Shown here: in pieces, positions 18,016 through 27,518 of the stretch
Numbering within the stretch: position 1 is the first letter of the stretch
Layout: each line of letters starts with the position of its first letter
From: Planctomycetota bacterium
GTDB taxonomy: Bacteria; Planctomycetota; Planctomycetia; Pirellulales; UBA1268
Reading direction: 5' to 3'
Length of the DNA stretch: 38,939 nucleotides
NCBI GenBank assembly: GCA_016872925.1
Contig: VGYR01000003.1
Coordinates: 1 to 38,939, forward strand
Notes under the pieces: model-generated
Told to the model about the DNA's origin: nothing
The model's database searches: none
What the model saw: only the letters and a program-made list of their open reading frames with translations
Program-made: the position numbers and the translations under genes

Positions 18016-18157
18016 GAGTCGCTCCTCGAGGGAAACCTGACCCCGAACCGCTGTTCATGCTACGGCAACCGGTCGCACGGAAGAATCCCTGCTTCCATGG
18101 CACGGGCGCGAGCCGCCGAGACCGGCGAAGCCCGCCGGCGCACCGCGACCGCGGCGG

Positions 18158-20950
18158 TCAGCCCTTGACCACGAAGTTCACCAGCCGGCCCGGCACGGCC
18201 ACCACCTTGACGATCTCGCGGCCGGCCAGGAGCTCGGCGATCTTCGGATCGGCCGCAGCGGCTGATCTCATGGTCTCCGCGTCGGCGTCTGCCGGCACGG
18301 TCACGCGGCCACGGAGCTTGCCCTGCACCTGAACGGGTACCTCCACCGTGTCGTCCCGGAGCCAGCGGCCGTCAACCTGCGGCCAGGCGGCGAGGGAGAC
18401 CGGCGCCGGGCGGCCGAGCATGGCCCAGAGCTCTTCCGCGAGGTGCGGGGCGAACGGTGCCAGAATCGTCACGAATGGCTCGAGGATCGCCCGCGGCCGG
18501 CGCTCGAGGGGCGTGCAGAAGTTCACGAACTCCATCATCCGGGCGATCGCCGTGTTAAAGGAGAGCGACTCGATGTCGCGGGTCACCTTGTCGACCGTCC
18601 GATGAAGTTCACGGAGTTGGTCCTCGGTGGGCGATTCGTCGCACACCTGGGGGGCGAGCACCAGGTCATCCGCGCGCTCGTCCACGACGAGCCTCCAGCA
18701 GCGGTCGAGAAAGCCACGCACGCCACTCACGCCCGACGTGCTCCAGGGCTTCGTCGCCTCCAGCGGTCCCATGAACATCTCGTAGAGTCGGAGGGCGTCG
18801 GCTCCGAAGTCACGGACGACCTGGTCCGGATTGACGACGTTGCCCCGGCTCTTCGACATCTTGTAGGCCCGGCTCTCGACCCTGACCTGTGGCGCGTCCC
18901 GGAGAACGAAATGCTCCCCCTGCTTCTCCACCTGGTCCGCCGGAACCTTGGCAGGGACGTCGTCACCGCCCCGCTTCTCCGCCGAGACCCAGCCCCCCTT
19001 CGGGCTGCGATAGCCGGTGAACTCCATCTCGCCGAGGATCATTCCCTGGTTGACGAGCCGGCCGAATGGCTCGGGATGCGAGACGTGGCCGCGGTCGTAG
19101 AGCACCTTGTGCCAGAACCGCGAGTAGAGCAGGTGAAGCACGGCATGCTCGGCACCGCCGATGTAGAGGTCGACCGGCATCCAGGCGCGCTCGATCTCCG
19201 GGCCGATGAACCGGTCGGTGTTTCGCGGGTCGAGGAATCGCAGGTAATACCAGCACGATCCGGCCCACTGCGGCATCGTGTTGGTCTCACGCCGATACCG
19301 TCGGCCATCCCGCTCGACGAACAGCCACTCGGCGGGAGATCGCGACAGTGGCGGGTCGGGCGTGTCGCCGGGCTTGAAGTCCGTAAGTTCCGGAAGAGCG
19401 ACGGGAAGCTCGGCCGGGTCGACCGCCCGGAGAATGCCCGTGGGCTCTCCGTCGGCACCGAGTTCGTGGAGGATCGGGAACGGCTCCCCCCAAAACCGTT
19501 GGCGGCTGAAGAGCCAGTCGCGAAGCTTGTAGTTGACCGCGGGGCGGCCCAGGCCGACGTTCTCGAGGTCGTCGGCGACCCGGCTGATGAACTCCCGCGT
19601 GGCAAGCCCGGTGTAGCCGCCGGAGTTGACGGCCCGGCCCTCGCCGGTGAACAGTTCGCCCGGCTTCGCGGGTCGTTCGTCGGGTTCGACGACGGTGGTC
19701 ACCTCGAGGCCGAAGGTCCCGGCAAACTCGAAATCGCGATCATCGTGGGCTGGCACCGCCATGATCGCCCCGGTGCCATAGGACGCGAGAACATAGTCCG
19801 CCACCCAGACCGGAATGGCCGTGCCGGTGAGCGGATGAACGACATGAGTGCCCGTGAAGACCCCGGTCTTCTCCCGCGCCAGGTCGGTGCGGTCGAGGTC
19901 ACTCTTCCTGGCAGCCGCCGCGCGGTAGGCCGCGACGGCCTCCCGCTGGCCCGGTACGGTCAGCGCGTCGAGCAGCGGGTGTTCCGGGGACACGACCATG
20001 TAGGTCACGCCGTACAGCGTGTCCGGGCGGGTCGTGTAGATCCGGAGCACCTCGTGCCCAGGTGTCTCGGGGAAACCCGTCGTGGCCCTCGCCGCCTTCC
20101 AGCGAGCGAAGGCGGAGTCCGCGCCCTCCTGCGCTCCGATCGGAAAGTCGACTTCGGCGCCGGTGCTCCGCCCGATCCAATCGCTCTGCAGTTTCTTGAT
20201 GCTCGCCGGCCAGTCGAGACCGTCGAGTTCACGCTCCAGTCGGTCGGCATAGGCGGTGATCCGCAGCATCCACTGGCGGAGGGGGATGCGGACGACGGGA
20301 TGTCCACCGCGCTCGCTGACGCCGCCGACAACCTCCTCGTTGGCCAGCACCGTGCCGAGCGCCGGACACCAGTTCACCGGGGCCTCGGACTGGTACGCGA
20401 GCCTGTGACCGTCGCGGAAGGCCGCCACGGCGGCTTGCCCCGCCGCTTCCACGTCGGGCGGAATCGGGAGCTCGGCGATCGGGCGACCCTGCTGGAGCAC
20501 CGGATCGAACCAGGTGTCGAACAGCACCAGAAAGATCCATTGCGTCCAGCGGACGTAATCCGGATCCGTGGTGGCGAGCACCCGCTCCCAGTCGTAGCTG
20601 AAGCCGAGCATCTTCAGCTGCCGGGTGAAGGTGGCGATGTTGCGTTCGGTGCTCTGCCGCGGGGGCGTCCCGGTCCGGATGGCGTGTTCCTCCGCGGGCA
20701 GGCCGAAGGCGTCGAAGCCCATGGGGTGCATCACCGTGGTGCCCCGCATCCGCTCGAAGCGGGCCACGATGTCGGTTGCGGTGTAGCCCGCGGGGTGGCC
20801 GACGTGCAGACCGTCGCCGCTGGGGTACGGGAACATGTCCAGGATGTAGGCCTTCCGGCCGGCGGGCAGCCGGGGCGTCGCGAACGTTCCCCGGGCCTCC
20901 CACCACTCCTGCCACTTGGGCTCGATTCGCGAAGGCTGGTAGCGCGGCAT
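18158..20950 (-). CDS. leuS: Leucine--tRNA ligase
   Basis: [57 protein letters not shown]. Start taken at MPRY. Confidence 0.97.
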   Translation of the reverse strand: MPRYQPSRIEPKWQEWWEARGTFATPRLPAGRKAYILDMFPYPSGDGLHVGHPAGYTATDIVARFERMRGTTVMHPMGFDAFGLPAEEHAIRTGTPPRQSTERNIATFTRQLKMLGFSYDWERVLATTDPDYVRWTQWIFLVLFDTWFDPVLQQGRPIAELPIPPDVEAAGQAAVAAFRDGHRLAYQSEAPVNWCPALGTVLANEEVVGGVSERGGHPVVRIPLRQWMLRITAYADRLERELDGLDWPASIKKLQSDWIGRSTGAEVDFPIGAQEGADSAFARWKAARATTGFPETPGHEVLRIYTTRPDTLYGVTYMVVSPEHPLLDALTVPGQREAVAAYRAAAARKSDLDRTDLAREKTGVFTGTHVVHPLTGTAIPVWVADYVLASYGTGAIMAVPAHDDRDFEFAGTFGLEVTTVVEPDERPAKPGELFTGEGRAVNSGGYTGLATREFISRVADDLENVGLGRPAVNYKLRDWLFSRQRFWGEPFPILHELGADGEPTGILRAVDPAELPVALPELTDFKPGDTPDPPLSRSPAEWLFVERDGRRYRRETNTMPQWAGSCWYYLRFLDPRNTDRFIGPEIERAWMPVDLYIGGAEHAVLHLLYSRFWHKVLYDRGHVSHPEPFGRLVNQGMILGEMEFTGYRSPKGGWVSAEKRGGDDVPAKVPADQVEKQGEHFVLRDAPQVRVESRAYKMSKSRGNVVNPDQVVRDFGADALRLYEMFMGPLEATKPWSTSGVSGVRGFLDRCWRLVVDERADDLVLAPQVCDESPTEDQLRELHRTVDKVTRDIESLSFNTAIARMMEFVNFCTPLERRPRAILEPFVTILAPFAPHLAEELWAMLGRPAPVSLAAWPQVDGRWLRDDTVEVPVQVQGKLRGRVTVPADADAETMRSAAAADPKIAELLAGREIVKVVAVPGRLVNFVVKG

Positions 20951-21054
20951 CCTGTGCTCGTCTTCGGGGGCCGGCCCGACCACATCGCCGCGGCGGGGAA
21001 TGGCGAGAAAGGGCGTTGCGAACAGGCTTTTGCTGGCCGGTCCGGCGTGCCGCG

Positions 21055-21082
21055 ATTCTAATGCTCGCATCCGCGGCGGCAA
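21055..21082 (-). promoter_or_regulatory. Candidate sigma70 promoter for leuS
   Basis: Minus strand TTGCCG (21082-21077), 16 bp, TAGAAT (21060-21055). Confidence 0.5.
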
Positions 21083-21123
21083 TGAAGGTCGCCGATTTCG
21101 GCCCTCCGCACCCCCTGGAAATC

Positions 21124-22743
21124 ATGACAGGTTCCCCCGTGTCCCCAAGCCTCGCGTCCCTGCAGCGACAGATGCTGTTCAACTGCCGCCGCGCGGGCCA
21201 GCGGATGAAGGTCGCCGATTCCTTGGGCGCCAGGCTCACCGGCCGCGAGTTCCTGCTCGCCGTGCTGGTCGTGAAGCGTGTGCTGGAGCGGGTGCTGGCC
21301 GCGGATGAGAAGCGCGTGGGCGTGATGCTGCCGCCGACGGCCGGTGCGGCGGTGGTCAACGCCGCCCTGGCGATCATGGGACGGGTCACGGTGAACCTCA
21401 ACTACACGACGAGCCAGTCCATCCTCGACATCTGCATCGAGCGGGCCGGCCTCCGGCACGTGATCTCCAGTCCAGCCTTTCTCGCCAGGGTCAAGCTCGA
21501 TCTCGGCGAGCGCATGCTCGATGCAGGAACGCTGCGAAAGCAGGCGTCGCTGTCCGACAAGGCGATCGCGTACGTCCAGGCCCGGTTCATGCCCCTCAAC
21601 ATGCTGGAGTCGGCGCTCGGCCTCGGGCGCATCCGGCCGGACGATCCGTTGACGATCATCTTCACCTCGGGCTCGACCGGGGATCCGAAGGGGGTGGTGT
21701 TGACGCAGGAGAACGTCGGCTCGAACCTCCGGGCGATCGACCACCTCCTGCACCTCTCGCCAAGCGACGTCGCGCTCGGGGTGCTCCCGTTCTTTCACTC
21801 CTATGGCTACACGACCACGTTCTGGACCCCGCTGACGCTCGAGCCGGCTGTCGCCTACCATACCGACCCACGCGACGCCCAGGTCGTGGGTCGGCTCGCC
21901 CGCGAACATCATGCGACCCTGCTGATGGCCACGCCGACGTTCCTGCGGATCTACACCCGCCGGACTCCGGTCGAGGACTTCTCTACCCTCGAGTGCGTGT
22001 TCGGCGCCGCCGAGAAGCTTCCCCGGGACGTCTGTGACGGATTCGAGAAGAAGTTCGGCATCCGGCCCAGCGAGGCCTACGGCGCGACGGAACTCTCGCC
22101 GCTGGTCGCCGCGAATGTGCCCATCTCGCGGCACGTGCCTGGCCGTCCCCCCGACGCCCGCGAGGGCACGGTCGGAAAGCCGATCCTCGGCTGCCGCGCC
22201 CGGATCACCGATCGCGACGGTGAGCGGGAACTGCCCGTGGGTGAGGAGGGGCTTCTCTGGATTACGGGTCCCAACGTGATGCAGGGGTATCTCGACAGGC
22301 CCGACCTCACGGCCAAAGTGGTGAGGGACGGCTGGTACTGCACGGGCGACATAGCACGCCTCGACACGGAAGGGTTCATCACCATCACGGGACGTGAGAG
22401 CCGGTTCTCGAAGATCGGCGGAGAGATGGTGCCCCACATCTCCATCGAGGAGGCGATCAACGCCGAGTTCGGTGCCGTGGACGGAGAGTTGCTCGCGGTC
22501 GTGACTGCGATTCCCGACAAATCCAAGGGGGAGCGGTTGATCGTGCTCCACCTTCCGTCGTCTCGTGAGCCACGTGAGGTGGTGCGCCGACTGCACGAGC
22601 AGGGTCTTCCAGCGCTCTGGATCCCGGGGGCCGACTCGTTTGCCGAGATTGCGGAACTGCCCGTGCTCGGGTCCGGCAAGCTCGATCTCAAGCGGCTCGG
22701 CGATCTGGCGCGGGAGCGGTTCGCTGAGAAGACGGCGACGTGA
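21124..22743 (+). CDS. AMP-binding acyl-ACP synthetase-like protein (Aas C-terminal domain type)
   Basis: FTSGSTGDPKGV, LPFFHSYG, TPTFL, GAAEKL, EAYGATE, WYCTGD, RFSKIGGEMV, LGSGKLD. Start uncertain: 21082, 21124 or 21205. Confidence 0.9.
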   Translation: MTGSPVSPSLASLQRQMLFNCRRAGQRMKVADSLGARLTGREFLLAVLVVKRVLERVLAADEKRVGVMLPPTAGAAVVNAALAIMGRVTVNLNYTTSQSILDICIERAGLRHVISSPAFLARVKLDLGERMLDAGTLRKQASLSDKAIAYVQARFMPLNMLESALGLGRIRPDDPLTIIFTSGSTGDPKGVVLTQENVGSNLRAIDHLLHLSPSDVALGVLPFFHSYGYTTTFWTPLTLEPAVAYHTDPRDAQVVGRLAREHHATLLMATPTFLRIYTRRTPVEDFSTLECVFGAAEKLPRDVCDGFEKKFGIRPSEAYGATELSPLVAANVPISRHVPGRPPDAREGTVGKPILGCRARITDRDGERELPVGEEGLLWITGPNVMQGYLDRPDLTAKVVRDGWYCTGDIARLDTEGFITITGRESRFSKIGGEMVPHISIEEAINAEFGAVDGELLAVVTAIPDKSKGERLIVLHLPSSREPREVVRRLHEQGLPALWIPGADSFAEIAELPVLGSGKLDLKRLGDLARERFAEKTAT

Positions 22744-23675
22744 GCGAATCGCCCGACATCATGCTCACGCTCGGCCGTTGCGATGAGATGCGGGCGGAGG
22801 TCTACCTCTCCCCCAGCGCACCGACGCCGCACGGCGCGCGACTCGAAGGACTGCTGATCGGTCCATACCGTCGGCAGGACCTGACGTTGCCGATGGAAGC
22901 CCGCCTCGAGCCGATGACGGACCTGCCGGGGAGGGGCGTCGTGTCTCGCGTCGTGTTGACGGAGCCGGCGTTCTGGTCGCCAGAGTCACCGAACCTCTAC
23001 CGGGCCGCGATCCGGCTCGAGGCGGCCGGCATGAGTCCGACGACCGTGGACACGGGTGTCGGCCTCCGCCGGCTTGGAGTCCGCGGGCGGTCGTTCTGGC
23101 TCGACGGGCGGCGGTGGGTGCCTCGAGCAGCCGCCCTCCGAGGAGGCGCCGACGTCGCCTGGGCCGCCGAGACCGGCATCGTGGCCACGGCCCCCGGCGA
23201 CGATTTGCTGTCGAGGGCGGACGAGCTCGGTGTCGCCGTCGTGACCCTCGTGGAGTCTTCGGAGCTGACCGGTCCTCGGCTCGCGGCGCTCAGCCGTCAC
23301 CCTGCGGCGCTGATGGTGATCGTCGTCGATGGAGGGCGGCCTGATTCACTCGGCGGAGTGGCCGGGGAGATCCGCCGAGCGAAAGGCACGATGCAGATCG
23401 GGATCGCGGTCGATGCCGGGCTTCCGGTGCCGGCCGTGCCCGAGGGCTTCGACTTCATGGCCGTGAGGCTCGCCGCGGACCGATTGCCGCACGAGAGCTG
23501 GCGGCGTCTTCCTGAATGCCCGCTCGTCGCCTGGCGGCATGCGCTGGCCCTCGAGCCCCCGTCCGCCCGGGCTGCCTGCACCACGCTCCAACGGGATCTG
23601 GCGGCTTGGGCCGCAGCCGCTGACGGCGCTCATCCAGTGTGGGACTGGGCCGGGTATCTCGTCGGCACGGTGTGA
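22740..23675 (+). CDS. Hypothetical protein with a partial glycoside hydrolase family 2-like region
   Basis: GTGA overlap with the upstream stop. FWSPESPNLY…GLRRLGVRGRSFWLDGR and LLSRADELGVAV match GH2 Ig-domain/barrel-start motifs. No recognisable catalytic NE motif. Confidence 0.65.
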   Translation: MSESPDIMLTLGRCDEMRAEVYLSPSAPTPHGARLEGLLIGPYRRQDLTLPMEARLEPMTDLPGRGVVSRVVLTEPAFWSPESPNLYRAAIRLEAAGMSPTTVDTGVGLRRLGVRGRSFWLDGRRWVPRAAALRGGADVAWAAETGIVATAPGDDLLSRADELGVAVVTLVESSELTGPRLAALSRHPAALMVIVVDGGRPDSLGGVAGEIRRAKGTMQIGIAVDAGLPVPAVPEGFDFMAVRLAADRLPHESWRRLPECPLVAWRHALALEPPSARAACTTLQRDLAAWAAAADGAHPVWDWAGYLVGTV

Positions 23676-23740
23676 GTCGTCGACGGCAGGTGGGCCGTCG
23701 GTCGTGCTGTCTCTCCCGGTCGGCGCGATAGACTGCCAGG

Positions 23741-24772
23741 ATGATGGGATTCGATGCCGAACGGTATTCGCGCCAGACGCGGTTCGCCCCACTCGGGCCC
23801 GAAGGGCAGGGCAGGCTGGCGGCAGCGCGGGTTGCCGTCGTCGGTTGCGGGGCGCTGGGGAGTGTCGTGGCGATGGCCCTGACCCGGGCTGGGGTCGGGT
23901 TCCTCCGGCTCATCGACCGGGATCTTCCACAGCTTTCGAATCTTCCCAGGCAGGTTCTCTTCGACGAAGCCGACGTCAGGGCCGGGCTCCCGAAGGCGGT
24001 GGCCGCCGCCGGCGCCCTGCAGCGGATCAACGCCGCGACCACGATCGAGCCGGCCGTGGAGGATCTCACGGCCACCAATGCGGCGGCACTCCTCCACGGC
24101 GTGGGGGTGATCGTCGACGGCACCGACAACTTCGAGACCCGCTTTCTGGTCAATGAGGTGGCCTGTCGCGTCGGCCTGCCCTGGGTGCATGGGGGGGCGA
24201 TCGGAGCCGAGGGGCGCGTGCTCACGATCATCCCCGGCCGAACCGCGTGCCTGCGGTGCCTGATCCCCGAGCCGCCTGCGGCGGGGACGCTGCCCACCTG
24301 CGACACGGCCGGAATCATCGGACCGGCGGCCTTCGTGGTCGGCGCGGTCGAGGCCGCCGAGACGATCAAACTGCTTGCCGGGCACGACGCGACTGCCGGC
24401 CGGCTGCTCGTCTGCGACCTGTGGGATGCCACCTGGCGGACGGTGGATCTCGCCCCACTCGCCGCCACGGGCTGCCCGACCTGCCGTCGGGCGGACTACC
24501 CCTGGCTCGACGGGCGTCTTGGGGGCAGGCCGATTCCGCTCTGCGGCCGCGACGCGGTGCAGGTTCCCTCGGCGGGAGGCGGGATCGACCTTGCCCTGGT
24601 GGCGGACCGACTCGCCGCGATCGGTCCGGTGGTCGCCAACCGCTGGATCGTGCGGGCCGACGTCGAGGAGGGAGTGCAGCTCGCGGTGTTTGCCGACGGC
24701 CGTGCGATCGTGACGGGAACCCGCGAAGAGGCCCGGGCCCGCGCGATCGTCGCCCGCTATCTCGGTGCCTGA
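23741..24772 (+). CDS. ThiF/MoeB family adenylyltransferase
   Basis: RYSRQ, VVGCGALG, DRD….SNLPRQ.L, DGTDNF.TR, CLRC, TCDTAG, CPTC, and a C-terminal LCGRDAVQ domain. Confidence 0.92.
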   Translation: MMGFDAERYSRQTRFAPLGPEGQGRLAAARVAVVGCGALGSVVAMALTRAGVGFLRLIDRDLPQLSNLPRQVLFDEADVRAGLPKAVAAAGALQRINAATTIEPAVEDLTATNAAALLHGVGVIVDGTDNFETRFLVNEVACRVGLPWVHGGAIGAEGRVLTIIPGRTACLRCLIPEPPAAGTLPTCDTAGIIGPAAFVVGAVEAAETIKLLAGHDATAGRLLVCDLWDATWRTVDLAPLAATGCPTCRRADYPWLDGRLGGRPIPLCGRDAVQVPSAGGGIDLALVADRLAAIGPVVANRWIVRADVEEGVQLAVFADGRAIVTGTREEARARAIVARYLGA

Positions 24773-26277
24773 CTGCCGGTCGCTGCCTCGACGATCTTCT
24801 GCTCGGTCGCCTCGCCGTGGGTGAACCGGGCGGTGATCCGTCCTTCGGCGAGGACGAGGATTCGATCCGCAAGGACGAGGAGTTCGGGCAGCTCGCTCGA
24901 CGTCAGGATCACGGCAAGTCCATCCTGGCAGAGACGGTCGATCAGCTGGTAGAGCTCGGCCTTGGCACCCACGTCGATGCCCCGCGTGGGGTCGTCGAGC
25001 AGCAGGATCCGCGGCTTGGTGAGCAGCCAGCGGCCCAGGATGCACTTCTGCTGATTGCCGCCGGAAAGGCTGGTGATCGCGGCGTGCGGGCCGGGAGTCT
25101 TCACTCCGATGTCGCGAATCATGCCCTCGACCAGGTGGTCCTCGCGGCTCCGGGACAGCAAGCCGCCGCGGGCGGCGGCATGGAGGCCGCACAGGCTCAC
25201 GTTTGCCGCGACGTCGAGATCCGGAAACAGACCGAGTCGCTTCCGATCCTCGGTGACCATCGCGATCCCCGCGGCCACCGCTTCGGCGGGATGAGCGAAG
25301 CGGACCGGGCTTCCGTCCAGCAGGATGTCGCCGGTCCAGATCGGCTCGGCCGCGCCGAAGATCGCCTCCAAGAGCTCCGTGCGGCCGGCACCCATCAGCC
25401 CCGCGATGCCCAGCACCTCGCCGGCGTGCAGTTCCAGCGACACGTCGGTCAGGTGGTTGAGTTGGGTGCGTCCGGGCCGGGGAAGCGTGAGGCGGCGGAC
25501 CTCGAGCACCTTGGGACCGCGGGGTCCGCGGGAGCGGAAGTCGTGGTCGGCGATCTCGCGGCCCACCATCCAGGCCGTGATCTCGCGCGGCGAGGTCGCG
25601 GGTCGCTCCACGGTCGTCACCACGCGGCCATCCCGGAGCACGGTGATCCGGTCGGCGAGCTGGAACACCTCGTTCATCTTGTGCGAGATGTAGAGGATCG
25701 TGACACCGCGGCCGCGCAGGCGGGCGATCACGCGCTCGAGCCGTGCGACTTCCCCTTCGGTCAGGGCGCTGGTCGGCTCGTCCATGATCAGGACGTCGCT
25801 GCGCAGTGACAGGGCCTTGGCGATCTCGAGGAGTTGCCGGTCTCCCACGCGGAGCGCTCCGGCGGATGTCCGGGGATCGATCGGGCACTCGAGTTCCCGG
25901 AGGAGGCGAGCCGCCTCCCGCTCCATCGACTCGTCGTCGAGAAACCCGCGGGCCGTGCGTCGCTCGCGGCCCAAGAAGATATTGGCCGTCGCCGACAGCT
26001 GGTCCACCAGGTTGAGTTCCTGGTGGATGATCGCGATCCCCGCGGCCTCGGCATCGCGCGTGTCGCGGAATCGCGCCGGCACGCCGCGGACGAGGATCTG
26101 TCCCTCGTAGTCGGTGATCACGCCCGAGAGCAGTTTCATCAGCGTGCTCTTGCCGGCGCCGTTCTCCCCGCAGATCGCGTGGCAGTCGCCGGGGGCGAGG
26201 TCGAAGGACACGTCGTCGAGGGCCGTCACGCCCGGAAACCTCTTGCCAACGCCGCGAAACGAGACGATCGGCGTCAT
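24757..26277 (-). CDS. Sugar ABC transporter ATP-binding protein (RbsA/MglA type, two ABC domains)
   Basis: GENGAGKSTL, MDEPT, YISH, EDRK, LSGGNQQK, DDPTRGIDVGAK. Start at MTPIVSF overlaps the permease stop (ATGA). Confidence 0.95.
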   Translation of the reverse strand: MTPIVSFRGVGKRFPGVTALDDVSFDLAPGDCHAICGENGAGKSTLMKLLSGVITDYEGQILVRGVPARFRDTRDAEAAGIAIIHQELNLVDQLSATANIFLGRERRTARGFLDDESMEREAARLLRELECPIDPRTSAGALRVGDRQLLEIAKALSLRSDVLIMDEPTSALTEGEVARLERVIARLRGRGVTILYISHKMNEVFQLADRITVLRDGRVVTTVERPATSPREITAWMVGREIADHDFRSRGPRGPKVLEVRRLTLPRPGRTQLNHLTDVSLELHAGEVLGIAGLMGAGRTELLEAIFGAAEPIWTGDILLDGSPVRFAHPAEAVAAGIAMVTEDRKRLGLFPDLDVAANVSLCGLHAAARGGLLSRSREDHLVEGMIRDIGVKTPGPHAAITSLSGGNQQKCILGRWLLTKPRILLLDDPTRGIDVGAKAELYQLIDRLCQDGLAVILTSSELPELLVLADRILVLAEGRITARFTHGEATEQKIVEAATGSQAPR

Positions 26278-27518
26278 GGCCCGCGGCGGCCCTGAAGATG
26301 CCGCACGGCGGCAAGCGCGACGAGCACGCCGGCGCCGACCACCCCCCCGAAGAGAGCCGTCCGGCCCGCGAGCAGGTCGACGTTCGCAGCCGCCATGGTG
26401 GCGAGCAACCCGAGGGGGATCGCGATCGCGGGGATCGCCGCCAGACCCCGGATGCCCGGAAACAAGCTGCGGCCCCCTTGTCCGAAACGGCCGAACTGGG
26501 TGCAGGTCACGGCCAGGGCCACGATGATCCCCACGATCATTCCCTCGTAGACGTCGGCGCTGGCCTTGATCAGCTTCGAGACGGCGTCGATCACCACGCG
26601 CAGGAACAGGGCCCCGAGCACCGTGCCGGGCACGGTGCCGGCACCGCCCTGCAGGCTGCAGCCGCCGACCACCGCCGCCGCGATCGCGTTGAGTTCGTAA
26701 CCCCGAGCCAGATTGCCCGGCTGGGCGACGCTGCTGTCCGCCATCAGGAAGATGCCCGCCAGGGCCGCCGTCAGGCTGCCGAAGCAGTAGGCGAACCACT
26801 TGACGTTGTCGGTGCGGATGCCGCTCAGCCGTGCTGCCTGCTCGTTGCCTCCCAGGGCGTAGAGGTGGCGACCGAGCACCGTGCGGGAGAGGATCAGCCA
26901 CGTCAGCAACGCGAGGGCGATGAAGGTCGCCGTCATGATCCAGACGTTGTGCTCCTTGAGCCACACGAAAAACGGCGTGTTGACGTTGATCTGCTGCGAC
27001 TCGCTGCCCCACCGCTGCTTGGTGACGAACAGGCACAGCGCCCGAGCGAAGCTGCGCAGGCCCACCAGCGTGGCGAGCGTCGCCACGAAGGGAGGCAGTC
27101 GGATCGTCGTGATCAGCCACGCATGGAGCGTGCCGACGAGGAGTCCCGCAAGCAGGGCGGCAGCGATCGCCGCAGCGATGCCCCCCGGGCCGACGGTGAC
27201 GAGGCGGCGATCGTCGGGCGCCGCGCACAGGGTGAGCACCAGCGCGCAGGTGGTCGCACTGAACGCCACCATGGATCCCGCCGACAGGTCGATGCCTCCG
27301 GCGATGATCACCACCGCCGAACCGAGGGCGATGATGCCCAGCAGGGCGGTGTTCCGGAGGATGATGTCGCGGCTCTCCGCCCAGTTGGCGAAGTATGTGT
27401 GATTCGGGTCCGCCCAGCCGGTGAGCACGTACACCGCGGCGGTGGCCAGGAGGATCGCGAGCTCATGGCGGGGCAGGCGCCAGCCGTGGCGGGCGGTAGC
27501 GGGGGAGTCCATGCTCAC
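26274..27518 (-). CDS. Sugar ABC transporter permease (RbsC type)
   Basis: GGIDLSAGS, LPPFVATL, GRHLYALGGNEQAARLSGI, YELNAIAAAVVGG. GTG 27518 overlaps the SBP stop; alternative ATG at 27512. Confidence 0.94.
   Translation of the reverse strand: MSMDSPATARHGWRLPRHELAILLATAAVYVLTGWADPNHTYFANWAESRDIILRNTALLGIIALGSAVVIIAGGIDLSAGSMVAFSATTCALVLTLCAAPDDRRLVTVGPGGIAAAIAAALLAGLLVGTLHAWLITTIRLPPFVATLATLVGLRSFARALCLFVTKQRWGSESQQINVNTPFFVWLKEHNVWIMTATFIALALLTWLILSRTVLGRHLYALGGNEQAARLSGIRTDNVKWFAYCFGSLTAALAGIFLMADSSVAQPGNLARGYELNAIAAAVVGGCSLQGGAGTVPGTVLGALFLRVVIDAVSKLIKASADVYEGMIVGIIVALAVTCTQFGRFGQGGRSLFPGIRGLAAIPAIAIPLGLLATMAAANVDLLAGRTALFGGVVGAGVLVALAAVRHLQGRRGP

Noticed and set aside
20951-21054. T-box or attenuator leader for leuS
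   Set aside because: Too short. No T-box consensus, U-tract terminator or Leu-rich leader peptide is visible.
18443-21061. 872-aa ORF antisense to leuS, and similar long shadow ORFs (10409-12619, 23630-26314, 7863-9524, 32278-34062, 26298-27905, 27530-29203)
   Set aside because: These are antisense or alternate-frame ORFs expected from stop-poor high-GC codon usage. They have no recognisable motifs and fully overlap confident genes.
23741-24772. ThiF as part of a CBASS/Bil-type ubiquitin-like defence system or a RiPP cluster
   Set aside because: No E2, JAB, cyclase, ubiquitin-like or precursor peptide gene is nearby. The sequence looks like an ordinary MoeB/ThiF.
26278-27228. Apparent 823-aa ABC ATPase fusion
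   Set aside because: The extra 317 aa is an alternate frame of the permease gene. The real start is ATG 26277.
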